Shown: positions 18,480-28,067, numbered from the stretch's first letter. The stretch is DNA of 32,000 nt from Candidatus Saccharimonadota bacterium (GCF_900128735.1 NZ_LT667503.1:270001-302000), one strand, 5' to 3'. Numbers and translations are program-made. The notes: generated from the sequence alone by a model not told the origin.

Positions 18480-18792
18480 GTAGTACGTAAGCCTCTTATA
18501 TAACTATGGCCAGTAAACTACATAACTCGCGATAAAAATTTATATTTATCTTCATTAGAAAGTATAAACCGGCTGAAATTGGATTTATATAAATATTTTT
18601 AAAAAATAATTTATTTTTTTGTTATAAAAAATATTTAATATTAGAATGTTATGTTTTTATAAAACTTTATAATAAAAATTCATTATACAACAAAATAGTT
18701 TAGGAAGATAGTATTTCTAAAGCCTATTCTAAAAAAATATACCCTCAACTATCTTTCTTCCTTAAAATATCCCGGTAACTATATTTATAAAA

Positions 18793-20883
18793 TTAATTTT
18801 CTTTTATGTCCTTCATACTTAAACGTAATCTTCCTTGTCTATCAATTTCTAAAACTTTTACCAAAATAATTTGGTCTAATTTAAGGTGATCAATCACTTT
18901 TAAAACTCTTTTTTTAGAAATTTGCGAAATATGTATTAAACCTTCTTTACCTAAACCAATAGAAACAAATGCACCAAATTCTAAAATTCGAACTACTTTT
19001 CCCGAATATATTTTACCTACTTTAACTTCGGCAGTAATTTCTTCAATACGACGAATAGCATGTTTTGCTTTTTCTTCAATAGTAGCAGATATTTTTACTG
19101 TACCGTCATCTTTTATTTCAATAATCGTTCCTGTTTCTTCAGTTAACATACGTATCACTGAACCGCCTTTTCCTATAACATCTTTTATTTTTTCCGGGCT
19201 AATTTTAATTGTATGTATTCTTGGCGCGAATCTTGAAATTTCTTTTCTTGGAATTTTTATTAAATGCGCCATAATATCTAAAATTTTTAGTCTAGCTAAT
19301 TTTGCTTGATTTAATGAATCTTCTATTATTTTAAAATTAACACCGGAAATTTTTATATCCATTTGTAACGCTGTAATACCTAACCTACTACCGGCCACTT
19401 TAAAATCCATATCACCTAAATAATCTTCATCTCCTAAAATATCAGATAAAATAACATATGAATGATCATCTTTAATTAAACCCATAGCAATACCAGCAAT
19501 AGAATATTTAATCGGAACACCAGCATCCATTAATGCTAATGAACCTCCGCAAACCGATGCCATTGATGATGAACCATTAGATTCTGTGATTTCAGAAACT
19601 AAACGAACAGTATACGGAAATTCTTCAATGGTGGGCATAACAGCTAATAAACTCCTTTTTGCTAATTTACCATGACCTATTTCTCTTCTTTTAGGTGAAC
19701 CTACAACACCTATTTCTCCAACAGCATATGGTGGAAAATTATAATGAAATAAGAAATTATCTGTACGATCCCCCAATAAATCATCTAAATTTTGAGCATC
19801 ACGTGATGTTCCTAATGTTACAGATACTAAAGCTTGCGTTTCTCCTCTAGTAAATAAAGAAGAACCATGAGCTCGCGATAAAATTCCTGTTCGTACATCA
19901 ATCGGACGTATTTCATCATACATACGACCATCAATTCTAACGTGACCATTTAATAAACGATGGCGTATTATATTTCTTTCTAATAAATATAAATTTTCTT
20001 CAATTTGATTCTGACTAAAATTTACATTCTGTGATAAAAAATTTTCAATAAATTTTTTCTTAATTTTATTTAATTTTTTTTGTCTTTCTTTTTTGCTAAA
20101 AACTCGGTAAGCCTTATCAATTTTTGATTTTACACTATCTGAAACTAATTGATATAATTCAATATTTTTTTTTAAAGAATGAAACTGAGTATTAGGAATT
20201 TTATTAGATTTTTCAGAAAATATAAGGATATTTTTAATTAATTTTTTTTGCTTTTCATGTCCATATAAAATACCATTTAATATTTCTTGTTCAGATAATA
20301 TATGAGCTTCAGCTTCTACCATAAGAATTGATTCTTGTGTTCCTGAGACAACCAAATCTAATAAACTTTTCTTAATAAAGTCAGTCGTAGGATTTAAGAA
20401 ATATTGATTATTCAAATAACCTACTCGAGCAGCTCCTATAGGACCCAAAAAAGGTAGACCAGATAAACAAAGAGCTGAGGAAACACCTATTATAGAAATA
20501 ATATCTGGATTAACTTGTGGATTAACAGAAATAACAGTCACAATAATTTGAACTTCATTTAAAAAATCTTTTGAAAAGAGTGGTCTGACAGGACGGTCTA
20601 TTAATCGTGAAACTAATATTTCATTTTCACTGGGTCTACCTTCTCTTCGGAAAAAGCCTCCCGGAATTCGTCCAACAGAATAAGCGCGTTCTTGATAATT
20701 AACAACCAAAGGAAAAAATTTTTGTCCTTCTAAAACGTTATCTTCACTCACTATTGTTACTAATACCGAAGTATCATCCATACTCGCTAAAACAGATGCT
20801 GTAGCCTGTCTAGCAATTAAACCTGTTTCTAATGTAATAATATTTTGACCGTATTGAAATTTATGAATGATAGGGTTTAACAA
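18793..20883 (-). CDS. pnp: polyribonucleotide nucleotidyltransferase (PNPase)
   Basis: 696 aa. [13 protein letters not shown] matches E. coli MLNPIVRKFQYGQ. Two RNase PH domains, KH (GKGGSVIR) and S1 ([13 protein letters not shown]) are present. It has a TTG start, and E. coli pnp also uses UUG. AAGGA lies 7 nt upstream. Confidence 0.97.
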   Translation of the reverse strand: MLNPIIHKFQYGQNIITLETGLIARQATASVLASMDDTSVLVTIVSEDNVLEGQKFFPLVVNYQERAYSVGRIPGGFFRREGRPSENEILVSRLIDRPVRPLFSKDFLNEVQIIVTVISVNPQVNPDIISIIGVSSALCLSGLPFLGPIGAARVGYLNNQYFLNPTTDFIKKSLLDLVVSGTQESILMVEAEAHILSEQEILNGILYGHEKQKKLIKNILIFSEKSNKIPNTQFHSLKKNIELYQLVSDSVKSKIDKAYRVFSKKERQKKLNKIKKKFIENFLSQNVNFSQNQIEENLYLLERNIIRHRLLNGHVRIDGRMYDEIRPIDVRTGILSRAHGSSLFTRGETQALVSVTLGTSRDAQNLDDLLGDRTDNFLFHYNFPPYAVGEIGVVGSPKRREIGHGKLAKRSLLAVMPTIEEFPYTVRLVSEITESNGSSSMASVCGGSLALMDAGVPIKYSIAGIAMGLIKDDHSYVILSDILGDEDYLGDMDFKVAGSRLGITALQMDIKISGVNFKIIEDSLNQAKLARLKILDIMAHLIKIPRKEISRFAPRIHTIKISPEKIKDVIGKGGSVIRMLTEETGTIIEIKDDGTVKISATIEEKAKHAIRRIEEITAEVKVGKIYSGKVVRILEFGAFVSIGLGKEGLIHISQISKKRVLKVIDHLKLDQIILVKVLEIDRQGRLRLSMKDIKEN

Positions 20884-21020
20884 AATTATATCCTTAATAT
20901 AAAACTTGATAGATTAAAATCATATCTTCTTTACAAAAAAATAGTATTTATCTAATAATATCTTTTTTAAAAAAAATAAAAAAGATTTTACATATTTTAA
21001 TTATATAAACTTTGAAATGT

Positions 21021-21057
21021 ATCTAAGAAAAGAAAAGAGCTAAAACAGCCCTTTTCT
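21021..21057 (-). terminator. rho-independent terminator downstream of rpsO (rpsO-pnp intergenic)
   Basis: On the minus strand: AGAAAAGGGC-UGUUUUA-GCUCUUUUCU, a 10-bp stem with one G.U pair that is an A/C mismatch on the plus strand, followed by UUUCUU. It lies about 50 nt after the rpsO stop. Confidence 0.55.
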
Positions 21058-21104
21058 GTACATAGAGAAATTACTTGATAATAAAAATAATTATACTGAA
21101 TTCT

Positions 21105-21374
21105 CTAATAACGTAAACCGAGCTGTTGAATTAAATCAACATAATTTTGACGTTTTTTAGATTTTATATAATTTAATAATTTTCGACGACGGGAAACCAT
21201 ATTTAATAATCCTCTTCGGCCACAATGATCCTTTTTATGAACTGAAAAATGCTTTTGTAAATAATTTATTTTTTCAGTTAAAAAGATTATTTGAATTTCA
21301 GAACCCCCAGTATTTTTATCATTTTCTCTATATTTTTTAATTATCTCTTTATTTTTTAACGTTAGTAATAACAT
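21105..21374 (-). CDS. rpsO: 30S ribosomal protein S15
   Basis: 89 aa, as in E. coli. HKKDH..RRGLL.MVS.RRKLL.Y and the C-terminal LGLR are present. GAGG lies 5 nt upstream of the ATG. Confidence 0.97.
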   Translation of the reverse strand: MLLLTLKNKEIIKKYRENDKNTGGSEIQIIFLTEKINYLQKHFSVHKKDHCGRRGLLNMVSRRRKLLNYIKSKKRQNYVDLIQQLGLRY

Positions 21375-21444
21375 AAAAACCTCATATTTTTATAACATAA
21401 AAATGTTAATTTCATAAAAAAATAATAATTATTATAATATCATC

Positions 21445-22380
21445 TTACGAAAATAAAATATTTTTTAATACACATTCCGGTATTAATATACCTAAATTAT
21501 TTAATCTACCAATACCTAAAAAAACATTATTTTTATTAGTAACGACAAATAATGATTTTTTTATAGATATATGTGATAAAAAAATATATAACTTTTTTTG
21601 AAAACGAATAGAATCTAAATTTGATAATTGAATAATCGGATATTGAGAAAAAAAAGATTGAATTGGTAATATTAGTGAATAATTATGCACTAAAGAATCC
21701 TTTTTTGTATTAAATTTATTTTTTTTACATACAATATCTGAAAAATTTATCAACTGTGATTCAATATATGGTCCAATTTGAATTCTTTTTAAAAAAATTA
21801 CATGAGCTCCGCATTTTAATATTTTACCAATATCGTGAATTAAAGTTCGAATATAGGTTCCTTTTGAACACTTAATTTTTAATTCTAAAAAATTACCTCT
21901 ATATTGAATTAATTTAATATAATAAATAATTAATTTACGTGATAAACGAGAAACAGTTACTCCGCGTCTAGCATACTTATATAATGGTTTGCCTTTATAT
22001 TTAACAGCAGAATACATGGGTGGGACTTGTTGTATAATACCATGAAAAGTTTTTAATGTTTGTATTATATTATTAAGATGTATATTAACATTATAATTTT
22101 TTATAATTTTTCCAGTAACATCTCCAGTTGTTGTAACTTGTCCTAATTTTGCAATAACATTATAATATTTAACAGAATTCGTCAAATATTTAGAAAATTT
22201 TGTAGCATAACCAAAACAGATTGGTAACATGCCAGTCGCTAAAGGATCTAAACAACCAGAAAAACCAGCTTTTTTCACAAAAAAAAATTTTTTTATCTGT
22301 TGCAAAATAATATTTGAAGATAATCCCCGCGGTTTATTTAATAATAATACTCCATGAATATCATTGTATTTTTTTAACAA
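21445..22380 (-). CDS. truB: tRNA pseudouridine(55) synthase
   Basis: GVLLLNKPRGLSSN matches E. coli GVLLLDKPQGMSSN. The catalytic GCLDPLATGMLPIC matches GALDPLATGMLPIC. It has a TTG start and sits between rbfA and rpsO. Confidence 0.93.
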   Translation of the reverse strand: MLKKYNDIHGVLLLNKPRGLSSNIILQQIKKFFFVKKAGFSGCLDPLATGMLPICFGYATKFSKYLTNSVKYYNVIAKLGQVTTTGDVTGKIIKNYNVNIHLNNIIQTLKTFHGIIQQVPPMYSAVKYKGKPLYKYARRGVTVSRLSRKLIIYYIKLIQYRGNFLELKIKCSKGTYIRTLIHDIGKILKCGAHVIFLKRIQIGPYIESQLINFSDIVCKKNKFNTKKDSLVHNYSLILPIQSFFSQYPIIQLSNLDSIRFQKKLYIFLSHISIKKSLFVVTNKNNVFLGIGRLNNLGILIPECVLKNILFS

Positions 22381-22424
22381 AATTAACAGTCCTGTATAAA
22401 ATCTTTTTAAACTTAAAATAAATT

Positions 22425-22778
22425 CTATAAATTATCTCTTAAAATTTTGGAAATAGTTATACCTTGTAAAAATGAATCGTCATAAATAAAAAATAATTTC
22501 GGAATAGTACGTAAATATATTGTTTTTCCAAGATGGAAACGAATAAAACCTGATGATTTTTGTAAAATACGCGTTAATAAATGATTTCTTTGACTATCTT
22601 TAAGATTTAAAGACGTAAAAAAAATTTTTGCATAATTTAAATCTGAAGATAATTTCACCTCTAAAATTGTAACACACGAGTAAATTCGTGGATCACGTAA
22701 AAAATTTCTAACAATAATAGCGATTTCTTTATGTAAACATTGCTCTAATCGCATAGCACGATTAAATGTTTTTAACAT
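22425..22778 (-). CDS. rbfA: 30S ribosome-binding factor A
   Basis: 117 aa. R..R....L.KEIAIIV......DPR matches E. coli [22 protein letters not shown]. It follows infB. Confidence 0.9.
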   Translation of the reverse strand: MLKTFNRAMRLEQCLHKEIAIIVRNFLRDPRIYSCVTILEVKLSSDLNYAKIFFTSLNLKDSQRNHLLTRILQKSSGFIRFHLGKTIYLRTIPKLFFIYDDSFLQGITISKILRDNL

Positions 22779-22832
22779 ACAATTAACCCTAATAAATATA
22801 TAATTTTCTTATTTTATAATAAAATATATTAC

Positions 22833-25085
22833 TTAAGTTGCTGTAATTTGAAAAACTTCAATAATATCTCCAATCTGAACATTATTATAATTCTTAATAC
22901 CAATACCACATTCTATTCCATTCCGAACTTCATTAATATCTTCTTTAAAACGACGTAATGATTCTAATTCTCCTTCATATATTACAATGTTATTTCTTAA
23001 TACACGAATAGGATTCATACGCTTGATTATACCTTCAATTACCATACAACCTGCAATTAATCCAAATTTTGGAGATTTAAAAACATTACGAACTTCTGCT
23101 AAACCAATGATATTTTGTTTATATATTGGTTTTAACAATCCTAACATAGCAGTTTTAACATCATCAATTAAATTATAAATTACAGAATAATAACGTAAAT
23201 CTAGTCTTTCTTTTTCTATAATACGTTTAGCCAATATATCAGCTCGCACATTAAATCCAATTAATATAGCAAAAGAAGTAGCGCATAAGGTGGCATCAGA
23301 TTCAGTTATTGCACCCACTCCTGCAGTAACGATATTCACTGATATAGATTCATTTGATAAATTTTTTAAAGCTTCTTTAATTGCTTCTAAAGAACCTTGT
23401 ACATCTGCCTTTAAAATAATATTTAATTCTGATATTTCTTTAGAAGCACTAATATTATGAAATAAGTTTTCTATATTAACATTTTTATTATCAGATAATT
23501 TAATATCACGAAATTTTCTTTGACGATATAAAGCTACTTCTCGAGCTTTTTTTTCATTTCTTACTACACTTAATATATCTCCGGTACTTGGAATTCCTGA
23601 CAAACCCAAGATCTCTACAGGGATCGAAGGTCCAGCAGAAGCCACATGTATATGAAGTTCATTGCGAATAGCTTTAATTTTTCCATATTCTAAACCACAA
23701 ATCACAATATCACCTACTTTTAATGTACCTTCTTGTATTAAAATAGTAGCAATAGGACCACAACCTTTATCTAAAAAAGATTCAATAACAATACCAGAAG
23801 CCATACAATCATATTCCGCTCTTAATTCTAACATTTCCGCCTGTAAAAGAATGGAATCCAATAAATGATCAATTCCAAACCCAGTTTTAGCAGAAATCGG
23901 CACAAATATATTTTCACCCCCACAATCTTCGGCAATTATCGAATGTTTAATTAGTTCTTTTTTAATTTTTAAAATGTTTATACCAATCTTATCTATTTTA
24001 TTAATAGCGACAATAACAGGTACTTTAGCGGATTGCGCATGCTGTATAGCTTCAATTGTTTGAGGCATGATTCCATCATCAGCTGCTACAATTAAAACAA
24101 CAATATCTGTTACAGCTACACCTCTTGCTCTCATAGACGTAAAAGCAGCATGACCTGGAGTATCTAGAAAAGTAATAATTCCGTTCGGTGTAGAAACATG
24201 ATATGCTCCAATATGCTGAGTAATACTGCCCGCCTCATTTAATGCTACTTTAGTAGACCGAATATAATCTAAAAGAGATGTTTTTCCATGATCTACATGA
24301 CCCATAATAGTAACAACTGGCGCACGAATTTTTTTTTTATTCATACAAACATCACGATCTTGCATTAATGAAATTTCTAACGCATTATCTACATAAAAAA
24401 TCACTTTATGACCCATTTCTTCAGAAATAATTTGAGCTGTCTTTTTATCTAAAACTTGATTAGCTTCTATTTCAATACCCATTTTTTTTATATTTTTTAT
24501 GATAATTGAAATTTTTATAGACATTTTGTTTGCTAACTCAGCTACCGATATAGATTCTCCAATTATAATATCCCGAGAAAATGACTTTTTAGGTTTAATA
24601 AAAATTTGCTGTAATATAGATCGTTTATTTTTTTGATATTTATAATTTTTTCCAAATCGAATTCCATTCTTTTCATTATTAGTTATTTTTTTTTTTTCAA
24701 AAAATTTATTACTTTTTCTTTTTTTAATTTTTTTTATCATTACATTATGATTCTTTAATTTATCTATATTTTCATTTTCCGATATATTACTAATATATTT
24801 TTTAACAGGAATAGATTGTACAATATTCTTTTTTTTCATTTTCAATACTGTCTTAATAGACGAAAGATTTTTTTTTATCGAGTTAGAACTTAGAGAAATA
24901 TGATGAGCATGCAAATTATTCTTTTGAATTTTTTTAAAATTCCTTAAATTTTTCGTTTTTGAATTTTTAACTTCCGTGCATTTTTTATGATTAGAATCAG
25001 ATAACTCTATTTTTTTTTTAGAAAATATTTTTTCTATTTTATTAGATAAATCTTTTTTACTGTTTGATTTCACTATTAATTTCAT
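22833..25085 (-). CDS. infB: translation initiation factor IF-2, with a shortened and highly K/N-rich N-terminal region
   Basis: G domain [25 protein letters not shown] and NKID are present. The C-terminal domains are colinear with E. coli IF2. It is 750 aa against 890 in E. coli. An in-frame TAA lies 18 nt upstream of the ATG. Confidence 0.95.
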   Translation of the reverse strand: MKLIVKSNSKKDLSNKIEKIFSKKKIELSDSNHKKCTEVKNSKTKNLRNFKKIQKNNLHAHHISLSSNSIKKNLSSIKTVLKMKKKNIVQSIPVKKYISNISENENIDKLKNHNVMIKKIKKRKSNKFFEKKKITNNEKNGIRFGKNYKYQKNKRSILQQIFIKPKKSFSRDIIIGESISVAELANKMSIKISIIIKNIKKMGIEIEANQVLDKKTAQIISEEMGHKVIFYVDNALEISLMQDRDVCMNKKKIRAPVVTIMGHVDHGKTSLLDYIRSTKVALNEAGSITQHIGAYHVSTPNGIITFLDTPGHAAFTSMRARGVAVTDIVVLIVAADDGIMPQTIEAIQHAQSAKVPVIVAINKIDKIGINILKIKKELIKHSIIAEDCGGENIFVPISAKTGFGIDHLLDSILLQAEMLELRAEYDCMASGIVIESFLDKGCGPIATILIQEGTLKVGDIVICGLEYGKIKAIRNELHIHVASAGPSIPVEILGLSGIPSTGDILSVVRNEKKAREVALYRQRKFRDIKLSDNKNVNIENLFHNISASKEISELNIILKADVQGSLEAIKEALKNLSNESISVNIVTAGVGAITESDATLCATSFAILIGFNVRADILAKRIIEKERLDLRYYSVIYNLIDDVKTAMLGLLKPIYKQNIIGLAEVRNVFKSPKFGLIAGCMVIEGIIKRMNPIRVLRNNIVIYEGELESLRRFKEDINEVRNGIECGIGIKNYNNVQIGDIIEVFQITAT

Positions 25086-25374
25086 CTCTTTTTGTTTTTC
25101 TTAAAAAAATATTTTTAAGCTAAATATTTGTATTATATTTTTATTTTTTTAATAATATAATATACTTTTTATTAAAAAATATTTTATAATAAATAAAAAA
25201 AATAAAAATAAAAAAGTTTTTTTTAAAAATTTATTACAATCTTAAATATATAATATAAATTTCAGTATAAAAATATATCTTTCCATTATATTAAAAAGAT
25301 CATAGATCTATTTATTTTGTTTTAACATAGCTTTTTCTTCATAATCTTTTTTTTTTAAAAAATAAATTTTATAG

Positions 25375-26865
25375 TTAATTATTTTTATTTTTAAACCAAC
25401 AGATATTTCTTGCTTCCATAATCAAATCACCTATTTGTTGATTATTTAAGGTATGCAAATTACTTAAATCATCAATACTTTGTTCTGCTAATTTTTCTAA
25501 TGTATATATTTTTTTTTCCATTAATTCACGAATAATAATGTTATTAATATTTTTTAATTTAATAAAATTATTATAAACCAATTTATCCAAAAATATTTTT
25601 TTTTGCTCTTTTTCACTTCTTTTCAAAATATTTTGAGCACATTTTTGAATTTTTTTTAATACACACTGTTTAATGTTCACCGCAGAAAATAATTCAGGCA
25701 AAGTAGCAATAGTAATTAATTTTAAAGAACTAAATCCACATTTTATAAGTTCCGAAATAGTTTCCTGATTAATATCTAAATATTCTTTTAAAATACTTAA
25801 AGGTTTATAAGAATTATTTCCATTTTTTTGATTTAAAGAATCTACAGTCATAACATTTAATTCCCATCCAGTCAATTGTGATGCTAAACGAACGTTTTGC
25901 CCATTTCGTCCAATAGCCTGCGCTAAATTACCGGTTTCTACTGCAATATCCATAGAATGAGTATTTTTATCGACTATAATAGTTGAAACTTCAGCTGGAG
26001 CCATGGCATTCATAACAAAATTTTCAGATTCTTCATTCCATAAAATAACATCAATACGTTCTCCGCATAATTCATTAGATACTGCTTGTACACGAGCTCC
26101 CCTCATTCCAACACATGCACCAACAGGATCAATTCGTTTATCATTGGTTTTAACTGCAATTTTTGACCTAGAACCAGGATCACGTGCAATAGCTTTAATA
26201 TCAATCAATTTTTCTCCAATTTCAGGAACTTCTATACGGAATAATTCAATTAACATCTTAGGATCAGAACGACTAATAAATAATTGTGCATTTCTTGTTT
26301 CTGAAGATATTTTATGTAAGATCCCTCTTACTCGATCACCAATTCTAAAATTTTCTCGAGGTAACATTTCTATTTTTTTCATTAATCCTTCAATATTACT
26401 ACCAAGGTCCAAAACCACACAATCTCGACTAATTTTTTTTATAATACCAATAACTATACGATCTTTTTTAATTCGAAATTTTTCAATAATCATATCCCTT
26501 TCTGCTTCACGTACTTTTTGAACAATTACTTGTTTAGCAGTTTGAGTCGTAATTCGATCAAAAGTAACAGAATTAAGACGATCTTCAATATAATCAGATA
26601 ATTGAATAGTATTATCTTCAAATTTTGCTGCTTCTAATGTAATTTCCTTTGTAGGGTTTAAAACTACTTTGACAACTAACCATCTACGAAATGTTGTTAC
26701 AATCCCATTTTTTCGATTAATATTAACCCGAATATTTATATCTTTCTGATATTTTTTTTTAGTAGCAATAGCTAAAGCACTTTCTAAAGCTTCAAAAATT
26801 TTTTCTCGTGGAAGCGATTTTTCATTGGAAACCGCATCCACCACAGATAAGATTCCTTTATTCAT
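25375..26865 (-). CDS. nusA: transcription termination/antitermination factor NusA
   Basis: [28 protein letters not shown] matches E. coli [29 protein letters not shown]1 and two KH domains plus a C-terminal repeat region are present. I chose the second ATG (26865), which has AAGGA 8 nt upstream, over the ATG at 26871. Confidence 0.95.
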   Translation of the reverse strand: MNKGILSVVDAVSNEKSLPREKIFEALESALAIATKKKYQKDINIRVNINRKNGIVTTFRRWLVVKVVLNPTKEITLEAAKFEDNTIQLSDYIEDRLNSVTFDRITTQTAKQVIVQKVREAERDMIIEKFRIKKDRIVIGIIKKISRDCVVLDLGSNIEGLMKKIEMLPRENFRIGDRVRGILHKISSETRNAQLFISRSDPKMLIELFRIEVPEIGEKLIDIKAIARDPGSRSKIAVKTNDKRIDPVGACVGMRGARVQAVSNELCGERIDVILWNEESENFVMNAMAPAEVSTIIVDKNTHSMDIAVETGNLAQAIGRNGQNVRLASQLTGWELNVMTVDSLNQKNGNNSYKPLSILKEYLDINQETISELIKCGFSSLKLITIATLPELFSAVNIKQCVLKKIQKCAQNILKRSEKEQKKIFLDKLVYNNFIKLKNINNIIIRELMEKKIYTLEKLAEQSIDDLSNLHTLNNQQIGDLIMEARNICWFKNKNN

Positions 26866-26930
26866 AATCATTATCCTTAATTCAGATAATCTTCTTTGGT
26901 AAAAAAAAAATAAAAAAATTTATGTAATTT

Positions 26931-26980
26931 TTCTCATTAATAAAAAACCCCGACACTTCGGGGTTTTTTATTAATGAGAA
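26931..26980. terminator. bidirectional intrinsic terminator: perfect 23-bp-stem hairpin with a 4-nt loop
   Basis: ttctcattaataaaaaaccccga (26931-26953) / cact / tcggggttttttattaatgagaa (26958-26980) are exact reverse complements. The GC core CCCCGA/UCGGGG is flanked by A6 and U6, so both strands read as stem plus U-tract. It lies between leuU and nusA. Confidence 0.7.
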
Positions 26981-27131
26981 AAATTTATATAATTATAATT
27001 ATTAAACTAATTAAAATTAAAAATTAAAAATATTTCAGTTAAAAATAATAAAGATTTTAATACTCTACGTAACATTAACGTAAAAAAAAATCTTTAAAAA
27101 AATAATTTTTATAATACAGTCTATATAAAAA

Positions 27132-27218
27132 TACCAAAGGTGGGAATTGAACCCACACGCCCATTTTTTAGGCACTATCTCCTCAAGATAGCGTGTCTAC
27201 CAATTTCACCACTTCGGT
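27132..27218 (-). tRNA. leuU: tRNA-Leu (anticodon GAG), class II with long variable arm; no genomically encoded CCA
   Basis: The minus strand reads ACCGAAGTGGTGAAATTGGTAGACACGCTATCTTGAGGAGATAGTGCCTAAAAAATGGGCGTGTGGGTTCAATTCCCACCTTTGGTA. It has a 7-bp acceptor stem (one G.U), anticodon loop TTGAGGA and T-arm GTGGG-TTCAATT-CCCAC. It is close to E. coli leuU as I recall it and sits next to secG as in E. coli. Confidence 0.93.
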
Positions 27219-27285
27219 TTTCTAAGAGAAAATAAAAACAATAGTTATTTTGACAGAATAATTTATCAAGTATATAATTTATATT

Positions 27286-27519
27286 TTAAAAATAATGTGA
27301 ATGAAAACGGCACAATATTAAGTTTATTAAAAAAAATAAGACTACTAAAATCATCGTCAAAAAAACCATAGTCGAATTTCTTATTTTTTTAACAAATAGC
27401 TTAGTCGGATTAGAACTCGACGAAGATGAAAAATCATTTCCTTCGGTCGGCTGGAAAATAATTACTAAAAGTAAAAATAAAGAAATCAAAAAAAACAAAA
27501 CTAAAAAAAAACGATACAT
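27286..27519 (-). CDS. secG: preprotein translocase subunit SecG
   Basis: Two hydrophobic helices flank a polar loop. MYRFFLVLFFLISLFLLLVIIFQ aligns with E. coli MYEALLVVFLIVAIGLVGLIMLQ. I chose the ATG at 27519 over the TTG at 27531 in the ORF track. Synteny is leuU-secG. Confidence 0.85.
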   Translation of the reverse strand: MYRFFLVLFFLISLFLLLVIIFQPTEGNDFSSSSSSNPTKLFVKKIRNSTMVFLTMILVVLFFLINLILCRFHSHYF

Positions 27520-27913
27520 AATAGACACCAAATTTTTAATAATAATAATTATCTATTAAAGATCAATAAAAAAATAAAAAACAACTAGTTATAGAATTTC
27601 TTTATGGTATTTTAAATATTTTTATATTGTACTACGTAAAATAATATTTCTTTTGAAAAAATTATAATGAATATTAAAATTAAAAATTTTTATTAAAGAA
27701 TTATTGTAATATATCATCAAAATAATATTTTTTATATAAAAAAATAATCTACAATTAAATAACAATAATAAAATAAATCAAAAAGAAATTCATTAAAAAA
27801 ATTATCAATATTATTTTAAAATAAAATTAAAAAATAAATTTAATAAATCAATCTAATATTACAATTAAAATTGATTTTAAAAATATATAAAATTATCAAA
27901 AATATATGACGTT

Positions 27914-27945
27914 TGTCTATCTCAAAACAATACAAGAGATAGACA
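27914..27945. repeat. inverted repeat / hairpin in the secG-ftsH spacer
   Basis: tgtctatctc (27914-27923) and gagatagaca (27936-27945) are perfect reverse complements separated by a 12-nt loop. No canonical U-tract follows on either strand. Confidence 0.4.
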
Positions 27946-28067
27946 GAAATCTAAAAAAAATTATGTGTTTATAATATTAAAATAAATCAAATTTTAAAAA
28001 AAAATTCTCCAATAAATTTTTATTTTTTTAAATGCCCTATTTTTTAAAAAAAAACTCTAAAAAAATT

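Noticed and set aside
18035-18490. Two plus-strand ORFs (66 and 78 aa) antisense to the 5' half of deaD; the second extends 11 nt past the deaD start
   Set aside because: Both overlap the most conserved helicase motifs of deaD on the opposite strand. They have no homology features and are likely by-products of the locally higher G/C content.
22987-23868. Two plus-strand ORFs (63 and 68 aa) antisense to the infB C-terminal domains
   Set aside because: The reasoning is the same as for the other antisense ORFs: nested, short and motif-free.
25100-25119. 20-nt near-perfect palindrome cttaaaaaaatatttttaag just upstream of the infB start
   Set aside because: It is essentially A-tract/T-tract complementarity with a single G/C pair. 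This is expected by chance at this composition and is thermodynamically weak.
26003-26521. 172-aa ORF on the plus strand, the longest unexplained ORF in the track
   Set aside because: It is entirely nested antisense to the best-conserved part of nusA. Its sequence is low-complexity (S/I/L/F/P-rich) with no recognisable motif, no RBS and no room for a promoter. Such frame-locked antisense ORFs arise where the sense strand is relatively G/C-rich and avoids codons whose complements are stops.
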